Origin: Bacteroidota bacterium
GTDB lineage: Bacteria > Bacteroidota > Ignavibacteria > Kapaibacteriales > UBA2268
DNA: 50,848 nt
Direction of reading: 5' to 3'
Assembly: GCA_024278075.1 (NCBI GenBank)
Contig: JAJRTW010000043.1
Span: forward strand, 1-50,848
A program made the position numbers and the translations under genes. Of the stretch, positions 18,232-28,310 are shown piece after piece. Within the stretch, counting starts at the first letter, position 1, and every line of letters begins with the position of its first letter. The notes beneath the pieces are model-generated. The model had not been told where the DNA came from. It was given only the letters and a program-made list of their open reading frames with translations, and searched no databases.

Positions 18232-19128
18232 CTAATATGATGCGGCAAGGGCAATCGACATTAGCTTGCTTTTGTCCGAATCCGACCGTGATGTAAGCAC
18301 AACCGGAGCGTCGGCACCAAGCGTAATCGACGCCACTATAGCACCGCCGAAATAAGTCAGGCTCTTGTAAAGCACATTGCCAGCCTCGATATTCGGGGCA
18401 ACCAACAGGTCGGCCTCGCCGGATACTTCGCTGCTTATGCCTTTGTGCTTGGCGGCCTGCTGCGACACCGCATTGTCGAAAGCCAAAGGCCCGTCTATCA
18501 GGCATCCTTTAATCTGGCCCCGCCGGTTCATCATGGTTAGCAAAGCAGCATCAACGGTGGCGGGCATCTTCGGATTAACCCCTTCGATGGCTGCCAATAC
18601 TGCAATCTTTGGATTATCTATGCCCAATCTGTGGAACATATCAACGGAATTATTGATAATTGCAATTTTCTCATTCAAATCCGGTGCTATGTTCTGTGCA
18701 GCATCTGTCAGGGCAATGAGTTTGTGATAATATTTAGTTTCAAAGAATCCTATATGGCTCAGCAGGCCGCCGCGATGAAGGCCATTTTCCTTGTCGAGAA
18801 TTGCACGTAGAAAATCTGCGGTTCCGGCCAGTCCCTTCATCAGTATTTGGGCTTTGCCGTCTCTGATTAATTCAACGCAAATACGGGCGCATCGAACGGA
18901 GTTTTCTTCATTTATTATTTCGAAGCTGCTTATATTGAATTGATTATCATTGGCAATCTGTTCAATTTTTCGTCTGTTGCCAACAAGTACCGCATCCGCG
19001 ATACCTTCGCTATGGGCATCGATTACTGCCTTCAACACAGGCAAGTCTCCGGCTGCCACAACCGCTATTTTCTTCTTCGGCTTCCGCTTTGCAATTTCTA
19101 TGAAGGTATTTAATGATTTAAGTTCCAT
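18232..19128 (-). CDS. ptb: Phosphate butyryltransferase
   Basis: LMKG, DGPLAFDNAVS, PNIEAGNVLYKSL, PVVLTSRSD; adjacent to buk. Confidence 0.9.
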   Translation of the reverse strand: MELKSLNTFIEIAKRKPKKKIAVVAAGDLPVLKAVIDAHSEGIADAVLVGNRRKIEQIANDNQFNISSFEIINEENSVRCARICVELIRDGKAQILMKGLAGTADFLRAILDKENGLHRGGLLSHIGFFETKYYHKLIALTDAAQNIAPDLNEKIAIINNSVDMFHRLGIDNPKIAVLAAIEGVNPKMPATVDAALLTMMNRRGQIKGCLIDGPLAFDNAVSQQAAKHKGISSEVSGEADLLVAPNIEAGNVLYKSLTYFGGAIVASITLGADAPVVLTSRSDSDKSKLMSIALAASY

Positions 19129-19142
19129 ATCGTCTCTAATAT

Positions 19143-19311
19143 TAGTTCGGATTATTCATAAAATATCTAAAATACCTGACGGGCAATGGATAACAGATGA
19201 TTAAGATGACTCAATTATAAGCCATACATGATCGCCGTTGAATCGGCCTAACCCGAATACTTCCAGAGAGATACGAAGCTCTTGAGTAAAAGTCCCGCAA
19301 TATTCGGGTTA
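19143..19311. mobile_element. ~169-bp MITE-like repeat, copy 1
   Basis: Homologous over its full length to 23693-23860 and 45882-46050; right end aatattcgggtta. Confidence 0.85.
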
Positions 19312-19332
19312 TAAGAAGTCACTAATGATAAA

Positions 19333-20856
19333 TCAAGATAAACTTCCGATGGCCGCTTCAACTTCCCGAAGAATTTCACATGATTTAACTACTTCCTTCA
19401 TGGCCGTATGATCTGTATACAAAGGCCGGTCGATGTCCAGAAAATCAACATGCCTTCTAACAACGTCTTTGGCCGCCCGCACGCCTTGGCCGAATGTAAA
19501 ATCCCTGAAATCAAGAGCCTGTGCGGCAGCTATAAACTCAATACCGATTATGCCATAAGCATTGTCCAGAATCTGTGCATTCTTGATTGCTGTGTTCATG
19601 CCCATCGATACGAAATCCTCCTGGTCGGCGGCGGCCGGAATCGATTGAACAGATGCCGGTGCGGAAAGAATACGCTGCTCGACTATCAGCGAATCCGCCG
19701 TATATTGGCTTAGCATCAGCCCCGAGAACATGCCTGCACCTTTGGTCAGAAACGCCGGCAATCCCTGGCTCAGGGCGGGATTGAGCAGGCGGTTCAGCCT
19801 TCTCTCGGACAGCACCGAAACCATAGTGACAGTCACCCCGGCCATATCCATTGGCAGAGAGACGGGCGAGCCCTGGAAGTTCGCACCGGATAGCGCTAAA
19901 TTATCCTCCGGCAAAAAAATCGGATTGTCGCCAACGCCATTTAGCTCAATCTCCACCTGGCTTTTAGCATACTCACAGGCATCATGGGCAGCGCCAATCA
20001 CCTGCGGCGTCGACCGCATAGAATACGCATCCTGCACTTTCGTTTTAATTCTTCCGGTCAGCAAATCCCCGCCTTCAAAGCATTTCTTGATTGCTGCCGC
20101 ACATCTCTGCGCCCCAGCAAAACCGCGTATCTTATGAATCCGAATATCGTAAGGCTTCATATTTGCAAGCAGAGCTTCGAGCGACATAGCGGCGGCTATC
20201 TCGGCCTGTTTCAGCAAGCTGTTGAAATCGTAAAGGTGAATCGCACTCATCGCCGTCAGCAGGTTAGAGCCGTTAATCGTTGCCAGCCCGTCGCGCACCT
20301 CAAGGCCCGGGATAGCAATGCCGGCTTTGTCGAGGGCCACTCGCCCGGGGAGCCGCTTGCCATCGTAGAAAGCCTCGCCCTCGCCCATCAGCAGCAGGGC
20401 TATCTGCGACATCGGAGCCAAATCCCCGCAAGCACCAACTGACCCTTTCTGGCACACAACGGGCGTTACGCCTTTGTTGAGCATTTCAACAAGCGTTTGG
20501 GTTATTGCAAGGCGGCAGGCGGAATTGCCGTGGGCATGTACGTTAATCCTTCCGGCCATTGCGCCGCGGACGTATTCGATTGGTGCCGGATCGCCAATGC
20601 CGGCCGAATGATTATATATCAGATACTTCTGGAAATCCTGCAATTTGTCGGCGTCGAGCACCATTTCGGAGAATTCGCCAATGCCCGTATTTACTCCGTA
20701 CATTATCTCTTTGCGGGCTACTTTCTCCTCGAGCATCCTGCGGCAGGATTGTATCCTTGCAATCGCACCGTCGCTTAGCTCAACCTTCGCATTATTCCGT
20801 GCTATATCAACAATTTTTCCTATTGTCAATCCCTCGCCATTCATTACTATTGCCAT
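19333..20856 (-). CDS. MIO-dependent ammonia-lyase (HAL/PAL/TAL family) with an Ala-Cys-Gly motif
   Basis: YGVNTGIG, GSVGACGDLAP, DGLATING, VQDAYSMR, DNP, SGANFQG, SERR, QEDFVSMG. Confidence 0.9.
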   Translation of the reverse strand: MAIVMNGEGLTIGKIVDIARNNAKVELSDGAIARIQSCRRMLEEKVARKEIMYGVNTGIGEFSEMVLDADKLQDFQKYLIYNHSAGIGDPAPIEYVRGAMAGRINVHAHGNSACRLAITQTLVEMLNKGVTPVVCQKGSVGACGDLAPMSQIALLLMGEGEAFYDGKRLPGRVALDKAGIAIPGLEVRDGLATINGSNLLTAMSAIHLYDFNSLLKQAEIAAAMSLEALLANMKPYDIRIHKIRGFAGAQRCAAAIKKCFEGGDLLTGRIKTKVQDAYSMRSTPQVIGAAHDACEYAKSQVEIELNGVGDNPIFLPEDNLALSGANFQGSPVSLPMDMAGVTVTMVSVLSERRLNRLLNPALSQGLPAFLTKGAGMFSGLMLSQYTADSLIVEQRILSAPASVQSIPAAADQEDFVSMGMNTAIKNAQILDNAYGIIGIEFIAAAQALDFRDFTFGQGVRAAKDVVRRHVDFLDIDRPLYTDHTAMKEVVKSCEILREVEAAIGSLS

Positions 20857-20914
20857 TTCCGTTCCTGATAATTTCGAATTTTTGTTATAAATGTAATTCT
20901 ATTAAAAATAATTC

Positions 20915-21173
20915 TGAGACTTCTGAATAATAGGCATTCTGAACCCTTCGACTCCGCTCAGGGTGACTATTTTAGTGTCATAGTGAGCGGAGTCGAACTA
21001 TAGACACGATCGGCCCGGCTCAGGATAAACTCCATTAAGAATCCAGTCTTGATGCGGCTTCTGAATTCTTCAGCCACTCCGCCGCGAGTGGCTACGCTCC
21101 AATCTGAATGACAATTTTCACACATTATATTGCGATGCTATGAAAGCAAGAATCGAAATTTTCAGAAGTCTCA
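20915..21173. repeat. REP/MITE-like composite: inner element 20933-21113 inside a 13-bp outer inverted repeat
   Basis: Outer tgagacttctgaa (20915-20927) / ttcagaagtctca (21161-21173); the inner part is homologous to 7781-8018. Confidence 0.8.
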
Positions 21174-21304
21174 TTCTATTAATTTCTGATTCTTGTTCCA
21201 TATGCTAAAGCACGTGGCTATTTCTTCTTGATTCGAACTATTCCTTATTCATGTTCCATGAGCTTTAGTTCGCGAATAATTATTTCCATTTTTCCCTTCG
21301 CAAG

Positions 21305-22285
21305 TCATGCCATCAAAGTGCAGATAGCTGCCACATTCACCATATCTGCCGACGAGCAGCCGCGCGATAAATCGCAATATGGCTTGTTCAGCCCCTGGAC
21401 TATCGGCCCGATGGCCTCGGCACCGGCCAACCGCTGAGTCAGCTTGTATCCTATGTTGCCGGCATCGAGATCGGGGAAAATAAGCACATTAGCGCTGCCC
21501 GCCACCGGCGATCCCGGGCTTTTCTTTTCACCGATGGATTTGATGATAGCCGCATCAAGCTGGAGCTCGCCGTCGACGGCAAGGCCCGGGGATTTCTCCT
21601 TAATAATATTTGTAGCCGATACTACTTTATCCACATGAGGATGATCGGCACTGCCTTTGGTCGAGAATGACAGCATAGCAATTTTCGGCTGCTCGCCGGT
21701 TACGGCCTGGTAATTCGCGGCCGAACTTATGGCAATATCGGCAAGCTGTTCGGGATTCGGGTCGGGATTGACCGCACAGTCGGCAAAGCAAAACATCTTA
21801 TCCGGCAAAATCATAATAAAATAACTGCTGACAACCGATATGCCCTCAGCCACGCCAACAGTATGGATTGCAGCCCTTAGCACATTACCAGTCGAGGAAA
21901 TATTCCCGCCCACACAGGCATCTATCCTGCCGGTTTCCAGCAATAATCCGCCATAATACAGAGGGTCGGCAACTTTGATTGACGCCTCAATCAAGGTCAT
22001 TCCCTTCGACTTTCGCTTCTCGAAAAGTATATGGGCAAATTCCTGAATATGCTCGGAAACCGATGGATCGTAGATCATTATCCCGTCGATGTTAAGGCCA
22101 TTGTCGGATGATAGATTGTGAATCTTAATCTTATTGCCGATAAGAACAGCCCGGGCAATATTCTCCTTTTGCAGTATTACTGCCGCTTCAATCGACCTTA
22201 TATCCTCGGCATCGGGAAATCCTACGGTTAATTGCTTATTGCTTGCTTTTGCCCGAATTGTTTCAATAAATAAATTAGCTGCCAT
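21305..22285 (-). CDS. pta: Phosphate acetyltransferase
   Basis: FADCAVNPDP, AMLSFSTKGS, DGELQLDAA, NVLIFPDLDAGNIGYK, DLSRGCS. Start taken at MAANL; the ORF track gives 22312. Confidence 0.93.
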   Translation of the reverse strand: MAANLFIETIRAKASNKQLTVGFPDAEDIRSIEAAVILQKENIARAVLIGNKIKIHNLSSDNGLNIDGIMIYDPSVSEHIQEFAHILFEKRKSKGMTLIEASIKVADPLYYGGLLLETGRIDACVGGNISSTGNVLRAAIHTVGVAEGISVVSSYFIMILPDKMFCFADCAVNPDPNPEQLADIAISSAANYQAVTGEQPKIAMLSFSTKGSADHPHVDKVVSATNIIKEKSPGLAVDGELQLDAAIIKSIGEKKSPGSPVAGSANVLIFPDLDAGNIGYKLTQRLAGAEAIGPIVQGLNKPYCDLSRGCSSADMVNVAAICTLMA

Positions 22286-22324
22286 GATGAAATCCGAATA
22301 ATTATTAAACAATATGTACTCAGG

Positions 22325-23572
22325 TTAATTCCTGCGAGGTGCGTTCAATACCACACGCACGGTGTCCCGTGCCAAAATCAACTCTTCGTTGGTCGGGATT
22401 ACGAATACTTTAACTTTGCTGTTGTGAGTGCTAATCATCATTTCGCTGCCCTGCACCGCGATATTATTTTTTTCTTCGTCGATTTCAATTCCAATGTGGT
22501 CCATGCCTTCGCAAATTTTACTGCGAATTTTTGGTGAATTCTCTCCGATTCCAGCCGAAAAGCAAACGGCATCGGCACCATTAATTGCTGCCATATATGC
22601 CCCAATATATTTTTTCGCCCTGATGCAAAACATGTCTAAGGCAAGCTGGGCTCGCCTGTCGTTGAATTCATCAACTTCGTCAATCAAATCGCGCATATCG
22701 TTAGTCAGGCCTGAAATCCCCAAAACGCCGGAACGTTTGTTTAGCATAGCGAAAATTTCATCGATGGTAGCGCCCTCTTTGTGCGACAGGAATTCAATCA
22801 CCGTAGGGTCGATGTCGCCGCAGCGGGTTCCCATCATCAGCCCTTCCAGCGGTGTGAAGCCCATGGATGTATCGATGGAATCGCCTTGCTTAATCGCACA
22901 GGCCGACGAGCCATTGCCGAGGTGGAGCGTGATAATATTGGTATCCTCACGCGCCTTGCCGGTCAGGTCTCTGTAGCGATAGGAGATATATCGGTGCGAA
23001 GTGCCGTGGAAACCATATTTCCTTATTTTATACCGCCTGTACATTTGGTAAGGAATGCCGTACAGGTACGCTGTCTCTGGCAATGTAGAATGAAAAGCAG
23101 TGTCGAACACGGCCACCTGCGGGGTAGTGCTGCCGAATACTTCGCGAGCAGCATAAATTCCCTTAATATTAGCCGGATTGTGCAGCGGGGCCAATTCGAT
23201 GCAGTCCTCAATTCCACGAATCACTTCATCGTCAACCCGAATCGAACTTTTGAAGCGCTCGCCGCCGTGAACCACCCGGTGGCCTATGGCATGAATATCC
23301 TCCAGGCCTTTAATGCCAGGCACTTCATAATCCGGATTCGTCAGGAGTTTCAGTACATAATTCAGGGCGGCTTTATGGTCTCTTAAAGGAGTTGCTTCCT
23401 TCAATGCGGCTTTGCCCTCCACCTGATAGCTAATCAGTGCCTGGCTGCCGATACGTTCGATTACTCCCATGGCCAATGTCCGGTCGGCGTGTTGTTCAAT
23501 CAGGTCAAGGTCTGTTTCGATTATCCTGAATTTCAATGTGGAACTGCCGCAATTTAATACGAAAATATTCAT
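22325..23572 (-). CDS. ackA: Acetate kinase
   Basis: NCGSSTLKF, GHRVVHGG, APLHNP, FDTAFH, YGFHGTSH, HLGNG, TSMGFTPLEG, GIGEN, IPTNEEL. Confidence 0.97.
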   Translation of the reverse strand: MNIFVLNCGSSTLKFRIIETDLDLIEQHADRTLAMGVIERIGSQALISYQVEGKAALKEATPLRDHKAALNYVLKLLTNPDYEVPGIKGLEDIHAIGHRVVHGGERFKSSIRVDDEVIRGIEDCIELAPLHNPANIKGIYAAREVFGSTTPQVAVFDTAFHSTLPETAYLYGIPYQMYRRYKIRKYGFHGTSHRYISYRYRDLTGKAREDTNIITLHLGNGSSACAIKQGDSIDTSMGFTPLEGLMMGTRCGDIDPTVIEFLSHKEGATIDEIFAMLNKRSGVLGISGLTNDMRDLIDEVDEFNDRRAQLALDMFCIRAKKYIGAYMAAINGADAVCFSAGIGENSPKIRSKICEGMDHIGIEIDEEKNNIAVQGSEMMISTHNSKVKVFVIPTNEELILARDTVRVVLNAPRRN

Positions 23573-23692
23573 AATTTCACCGTAAAATTAAAATAACTTT
23601 TATTTATTGTTAGTTCCTTCGGTTGTTCCATCCATCAGAACTAAAGCGAAGTATATTCCCGATACAAATATAACAACTTTTTAAATACTTAT

Positions 23693-23860
23693 TAACCCGC
23701 ATTATTCATAAAACATACAAAACACCTGACATGCAGTGGATAACAGATATTTAAGACAACTCAATAATAAGCCAAATATGATCACCGTGGAATCGGCCTA
23801 ACTCAAATATTTCTTATGAGATACGAAGCTCTTGGTTAAAATCCCGCAATAAGCGGGCTA
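23693..23860. mobile_element. ~168-bp MITE-like repeat, copy 2
   Basis: Terminal inverted repeats TAACCCGCATTATT...AATAAGCGGGCTA; homologous to copies 1 and 3. Confidence 0.85.
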
Positions 23861-23932
23861 ATCAAAGACATATATAATAATTATTATGTGATTCGGAATG
23901 TTGGCTAAACTCATTTATTCGATACGAACCAA

Positions 23933-25159
23933 TCACTTAGCCGCCTCTATCAATCCATCGCAGAGCCAATTGGCCACTGCCTGGCGGTTGCCCGGCTCCA
24001 CAATTCGAACCTGGTCGAGCGGATTTTGGATATTGCCTAATTCAATATAAATACACACTGGCTTGGTCTGTTTCAGCATGAAGAGATCCCTCGGGCTAAT
24101 CGTTCCTTCGTACCCGCGGTTTGGCTGGGCAATTTTATATTTAGTTTCGATGGTTTCAAGAAGAATTCGGGCAGTTCTTTTGCCCTCGTCGCTGGCTTCA
24201 TTGTGATAGAAAAATATGTCAATTCTTTTATTGGTAATCCTGGAATCGACGTGGATGGATATTGCCTTTTGGCTGATGGCAGTTTTTGCATTTTTGAAAA
24301 ACAGATCATTGATAATATCAACCCTTTGCTGCAACCGGGGGCGCTGCCGGTGGGATATGCTGTCGCCGCCGAGATAGAATTCGTGATTGTCATTGCTCAG
24401 GTACCGCACATCCCGAATTCCATCATCGGGGTCGCGAACTATTATATACACAAGGGCGCCATGCTCGATCAGATTCCTGGCCAGCCGAAGCGTAACGTCG
24501 TAGGCATATTCATCTTCGCTGAGTTTATGTCCGGCTTTGCTGCCGATTGCACCCGGATCGGGGCCGCCGTGGCCCGAGACAAGATAAAACACCTCTCCTT
24601 TAAGCAGATGATCCTTCTCTACAACCTCTTTATATTTATCGCCGAATATCGGATATTGCTTCGTAACCAGTTCATCCTGCTTAATGCCCTTGAATTCCAA
24701 GAGCGGCACCCAAAGCTGGCCGGAGATGCGGAAATCTGCCTTTTTTATGCCCCGCCTCCATAATCTCAGGTTGTACAATTCAATGCTCTTGGCATAATCG
24801 TAATCATTATTGCCAATCGAAGAGCGGATATTTTGTCCGTTAAATTTGCGGATAACTATGGGCAGGCGGTAGAGCTTGCTCATCGACAACCCGCCTCGAC
24901 TATTGAATTGACCGGCATTGTTTTTCTTAAACCATTGCAGGCTTTGCGTATTAATTGCAATGCCGTAGCGGCGGAGTATGGAGTAGATACCATCTCCCGG
25001 CTTTGGTTTAATTATTAGATAGTCACCGGCGGGAATGTTATCTACGGGATTATTGCCGGATAGAGTGTCGTTGCCGGCCAATAGGGAAGAGGCGGGCAAA
25101 ATAAACAGGCATGTGAGAAATATGATTATATGTAATTGTTTCTTGGTTTTGGGCTTCAT
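23933..25159 (-). CDS. N-acetylmuramoyl-L-alanine amidase (Amidase_3) with a LysM-like N-terminal region
   Basis: Signal peptide, PGDGIYSILRRYG, GHGGPDPGA, E, SIHVD, YIELGN zinc/catalytic motifs. Confidence 0.88.
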   Translation of the reverse strand: MKPKTKKQLHIIIFLTCLFILPASSLLAGNDTLSGNNPVDNIPAGDYLIIKPKPGDGIYSILRRYGIAINTQSLQWFKKNNAGQFNSRGGLSMSKLYRLPIVIRKFNGQNIRSSIGNNDYDYAKSIELYNLRLWRRGIKKADFRISGQLWVPLLEFKGIKQDELVTKQYPIFGDKYKEVVEKDHLLKGEVFYLVSGHGGPDPGAIGSKAGHKLSEDEYAYDVTLRLARNLIEHGALVYIIVRDPDDGIRDVRYLSNDNHEFYLGGDSISHRQRPRLQQRVDIINDLFFKNAKTAISQKAISIHVDSRITNKRIDIFFYHNEASDEGKRTARILLETIETKYKIAQPNRGYEGTISPRDLFMLKQTKPVCIYIELGNIQNPLDQVRIVEPGNRQAVANWLCDGLIEAAK

Positions 25160-25321
25160 GCTGCGTTACTGGCCGGGAAGTTAAAATTCTATTCCCCCTA
25201 AATTAATGAAATAAGCGGGAAATATTAACAAGAAATATCATGCGATTGACATTTATTAGCTATTTCATGCAAATATTTGATTATTCTGCTTTTCGATCGG
25301 TTTAATATCTCTTAACACACA

Positions 25322-25677
25322 AGTGTCCGGTTAAAAATCAGTCAATTTGTGATATTCGCAGCATTAAGCTCCATTTTGGCCTATATTGTGCCATTATGGA
25401 TGCAATTTTTGGATTAGTGAAATATATTATTAAATCATGTCATACCGGACTTGTTGAGCTTGCGTAATCCCGCTATCGGGAACCCGGTATCCATCTTAAA
25501 TATAGCAAATAGCCTAAGAATACTGGATTCCCGCTGGAGTTTATCCTGAGTCCTTCGGCATGGTTTATCCTGAGCGAAGCCGAAGGGCTCAGGATAAACT
25601 GCCGAAGGGCGGGAATGACACGTGACAGTTTTTAAGGGTATATTCTGCAAGGCTCTCATTTTTTACCGGACAATACT
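25322..25677. mobile_element. MITE-like element (TIR agtgtccggttaaaaa...ttttttaccggacaatact) containing a nested REP-like element
   Basis: The left ~100 bp is homologous to the reverse complement of 20-115; the right end matches the same terminus. Confidence 0.7.
25438..25620. repeat. REP-like palindromic element (TGTCAT...ATGACA family)
   Basis: tgtcataccgg...gggaatgaca ends; internal gtttatcctgag / ctcaggataaac and ccttcggc / gccgaagg hairpin modules. Confidence 0.8.
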
Positions 25678-25704
25678 AATTGCACTATTGAAATATTACT
25701 CATA

Positions 25705-28173
25705 TCAGAAGTTAGCTTTTATTCCGATATTCACTGCTCTTGGCATTCCGGGCCTTAACCCGGCTGGCCTTCTGGCAACAATATATATTCGGTCTGTTAA
25801 ATTAGTCGCATTGGCGAATAAAGTAATATTCATAGTCAAATTATATCCGGCACTGGCGTCAATAACAAAATAAGAATCGGTAGCTTCATTCGGAATTATC
25901 TTTCCTTGCCCGGGAACGGTCCGCATTGCATCGATATATCTCCCACTTAAATTTATATTGAACTTATGGTGTTCCAAACCAAGCATTATAGTAAATTGAT
26001 TATTGGCTAAATATGGAAATTTATCGCCAGCTGATACTTTTCCCCAGCCACTAAAGTCACTGTCAAAGTCATTTTGGAATTCTGCATCGGTATAAGTATA
26101 AATTAATGACAGAGGAAGCCTGTAATTACTTTCATAATTTGATATTAATAAGTCATATGTTAAGTTAAACTCCAATCCTTTGGTTTTTACTGCCCCGCCA
26201 TTGAATTGTTCGTTAGTTCCCCCGCCTCCGGCGGCCTCAAGGTCAGTTCCGAGCAAGTTAGTATAATCATTAAGGAAGACTGTAGCCTGTCCGGAAAGAC
26301 CGGCAGCTTCAGTTCTTAAGCCTAATTCATAATTAATGCTTATCTCCGGCTGAAGGTCGGCTTTGGAGCCGGGCGGAGCAAACCCTTTGTGAAGTCCGGC
26401 AAATGCACTTATGTGATTATTGAATTTATAATCAAATCCAATACCGGGAATAAATACATTAACTGTGTTACTTCTTTCCGTTATGTCATTAGCTGTTCTA
26501 TCGGGGTCATTTTTGCCATAGTCAATTCTTTTTTGAGTAATGTTCTCGTAGCGGGCGCCGGGAGTAATGGTCAGATCGCCAATTATTAATTTATATTGAA
26601 TATATGCAGCGAAGGCATCGGCAGTCTCAATCCGGTTACTTTCAGTACCGTGAATGCCGGAATTAATTAATTCCATCACAGCATTATCCATTGCATACTT
26701 ATCGAACCATTGAAAGCGGTCTATCTGGTCTTGATGGAGCCTTAAACCAAGATCGACAGCATGAGTTGCATAATTAGTATTCAAATTAAATCTTAGAACG
26801 GTTTGAGCACCTTGCGAATAGTAGCTACGATTATTTGCTTTCACTAACAGAGCATCTTCCGGGCCGCTATTTGTACCTGAAATTATGTCATAAGCATATT
26901 TATTTCCTTCGGGGTCATCTAATATACCTGCAATCTTAGTTATTTTGCCCATATTATTCACCACTCTGTCCAATTTATACCAATTTCGTTTAAAATCCGT
27001 TCGATAAGCGGTGGTAGTAATGCTGAACAGGGCGGGAAAAACAGCTTTATGGGTTAATGAATACTGTGTGTGATCGGTAGTAATCCGGTCAACTTGCGAT
27101 CCGGCATATCTTTGGACGGGATTTGCATCGAAATCATTTTGAGTAAGTCCGAGATAGGTCTCATTAATATCCCCTGTGGACTGGCCGAATTTAAGTGTAA
27201 CGGCTTGATACACTTTTGCATCGTCATCGGTATTTACTCTGATCTTAGCAAGATAATCTTGCTTGCCAAATCCGGAATTTCTATCCAATCCTCTATTGCC
27301 GGGGCCGTCCAATTGCTTAAAACCGTTGGAACCATACTGAAATGTCTCCACTAAATATGAAAAGTTTTTGTGGGAATTGCCAACAAATGCGTGAAGGTTT
27401 CTTCCTCCGAAGCTTCCGCCAAGCAAACTTATTTTACCTGAGAAATTATTTGGAATTTGAGTAGAGATTAAATTGATAGCACCGCCTGTTGTGTAGGGCC
27501 CGTATCTAATTTGGCTGCTGCCTTTTAGAATTTCGACGCCCTGCATTCGGCCTATGGTGGGAAAATAGTAGGCAGCCGGAGCAGCATAAGGAGCCGGTGC
27601 TATCAATACGCCATCTTCCATCACAGTAATCTTAGTATTTCGCTCAACCCCTGTGCCTCTGAGCCCAATACTTGGGAAAAGTCCGAAACCATCTTCTTCC
27701 TGAATATTAATTCCCGGCACTGCCCTCAAAGTTCGGTTAATATCGGTATAACTATACTTTTCGAGCTCCTTTGGCGATATATAAAATGCCGAACCGGATA
27801 TTTTTTTTACGCCGATGATTCCACCTGTTACGGTTACCTCAGACAGGGCGTAAATAGTTTCCGTCATAATAAAGTCATGCTTGGCCACCATGTCCTTGCC
27901 AACGCATATTTCCTTTTTTTGTGTTAGATAGCCGATGGCAGAAACCACTATGGTGTAATCTCCGGGAGGCAAGTTCTTAATAGTATAGTTGCCATTGCTG
28001 TTAGTAGTTGAATTGAAATTGGTTTTGGATAAATAAACCGACACACCCGGCAGGGCGGTGGTGCTGTCGATTAGTTTGATGTTCCCCTCGATTGCTGCAC
28101 CTTTGGCATAAGCCCCAACTGAGCCGGCAGTAAAGCTTAGAATATAGATAGTAAACAGAATTAAGTGTTTCAC
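25705..28173 (-). CDS. TonB-dependent receptor (FecA-like) with N-terminal carboxypeptidase-regulatory-like domain
   Basis: Signal peptide, G.Y.I.NL.PGDY, plug (VPGINIQEEDGFG...GLRG, EILKG...YGP...GGAINL), barrel ending in GIKANF; GTG start. Confidence 0.92.
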   Translation of the reverse strand: MKHLILFTIYILSFTAGSVGAYAKGAAIEGNIKLIDSTTALPGVSVYLSKTNFNSTTNSNGNYTIKNLPPGDYTIVVSAIGYLTQKKEICVGKDMVAKHDFIMTETIYALSEVTVTGGIIGVKKISGSAFYISPKELEKYSYTDINRTLRAVPGINIQEEDGFGLFPSIGLRGTGVERNTKITVMEDGVLIAPAPYAAPAAYYFPTIGRMQGVEILKGSSQIRYGPYTTGGAINLISTQIPNNFSGKISLLGGSFGGRNLHAFVGNSHKNFSYLVETFQYGSNGFKQLDGPGNRGLDRNSGFGKQDYLAKIRVNTDDDAKVYQAVTLKFGQSTGDINETYLGLTQNDFDANPVQRYAGSQVDRITTDHTQYSLTHKAVFPALFSITTTAYRTDFKRNWYKLDRVVNNMGKITKIAGILDDPEGNKYAYDIISGTNSGPEDALLVKANNRSYYSQGAQTVLRFNLNTNYATHAVDLGLRLHQDQIDRFQWFDKYAMDNAVMELINSGIHGTESNRIETADAFAAYIQYKLIIGDLTITPGARYENITQKRIDYGKNDPDRTANDITERSNTVNVFIPGIGFDYKFNNHISAFAGLHKGFAPPGSKADLQPEISINYELGLRTEAAGLSGQATVFLNDYTNLLGTDLEAAGGGGTNEQFNGGAVKTKGLEFNLTYDLLISNYESNYRLPLSLIYTYTDAEFQNDFDSDFSGWGKVSAGDKFPYLANNQFTIMLGLEHHKFNINLSGRYIDAMRTVPGQGKIIPNEATDSYFVIDASAGYNLTMNITLFANATNLTDRIYIVARRPAGLRPGMPRAVNIGIKANF

Positions 28174-28274
28174 GATATGTCCCTTTTGGATTTGATTGAT
28201 TATTATTTATTGTTCCGATTGTGTTTTATTTCGATAATATTTAATTAAGATTCGATATTAATATATTTTATTAA

Positions 28275-28310
28275 TCAGGCATTCCTAATAGCTTTATTAG
28301 CCATGCCTAA
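28275..28310. promoter_or_regulatory. Tandem TTAGGnnnnCCTAA-like boxes (possible DtxR/MntR-family operator)
   Basis: tcaggcattcctaa (28275-28288) and ttagccatgcctaa (28297-28310), starts 22 bp apart, upstream of the receptor gene. Confidence 0.45.

Noticed and set aside
19333-20856. Assigning the symbol hutH
   Set aside because: The MIO triad and specificity residues deviate from canonical histidase and no hut genes are adjacent.
25435-25659. 74-aa ORF (MRALQNIPLKTVTCHSRP...)
   Set aside because: It is a translation of the REP-like palindromic element, a typical spurious ORF.
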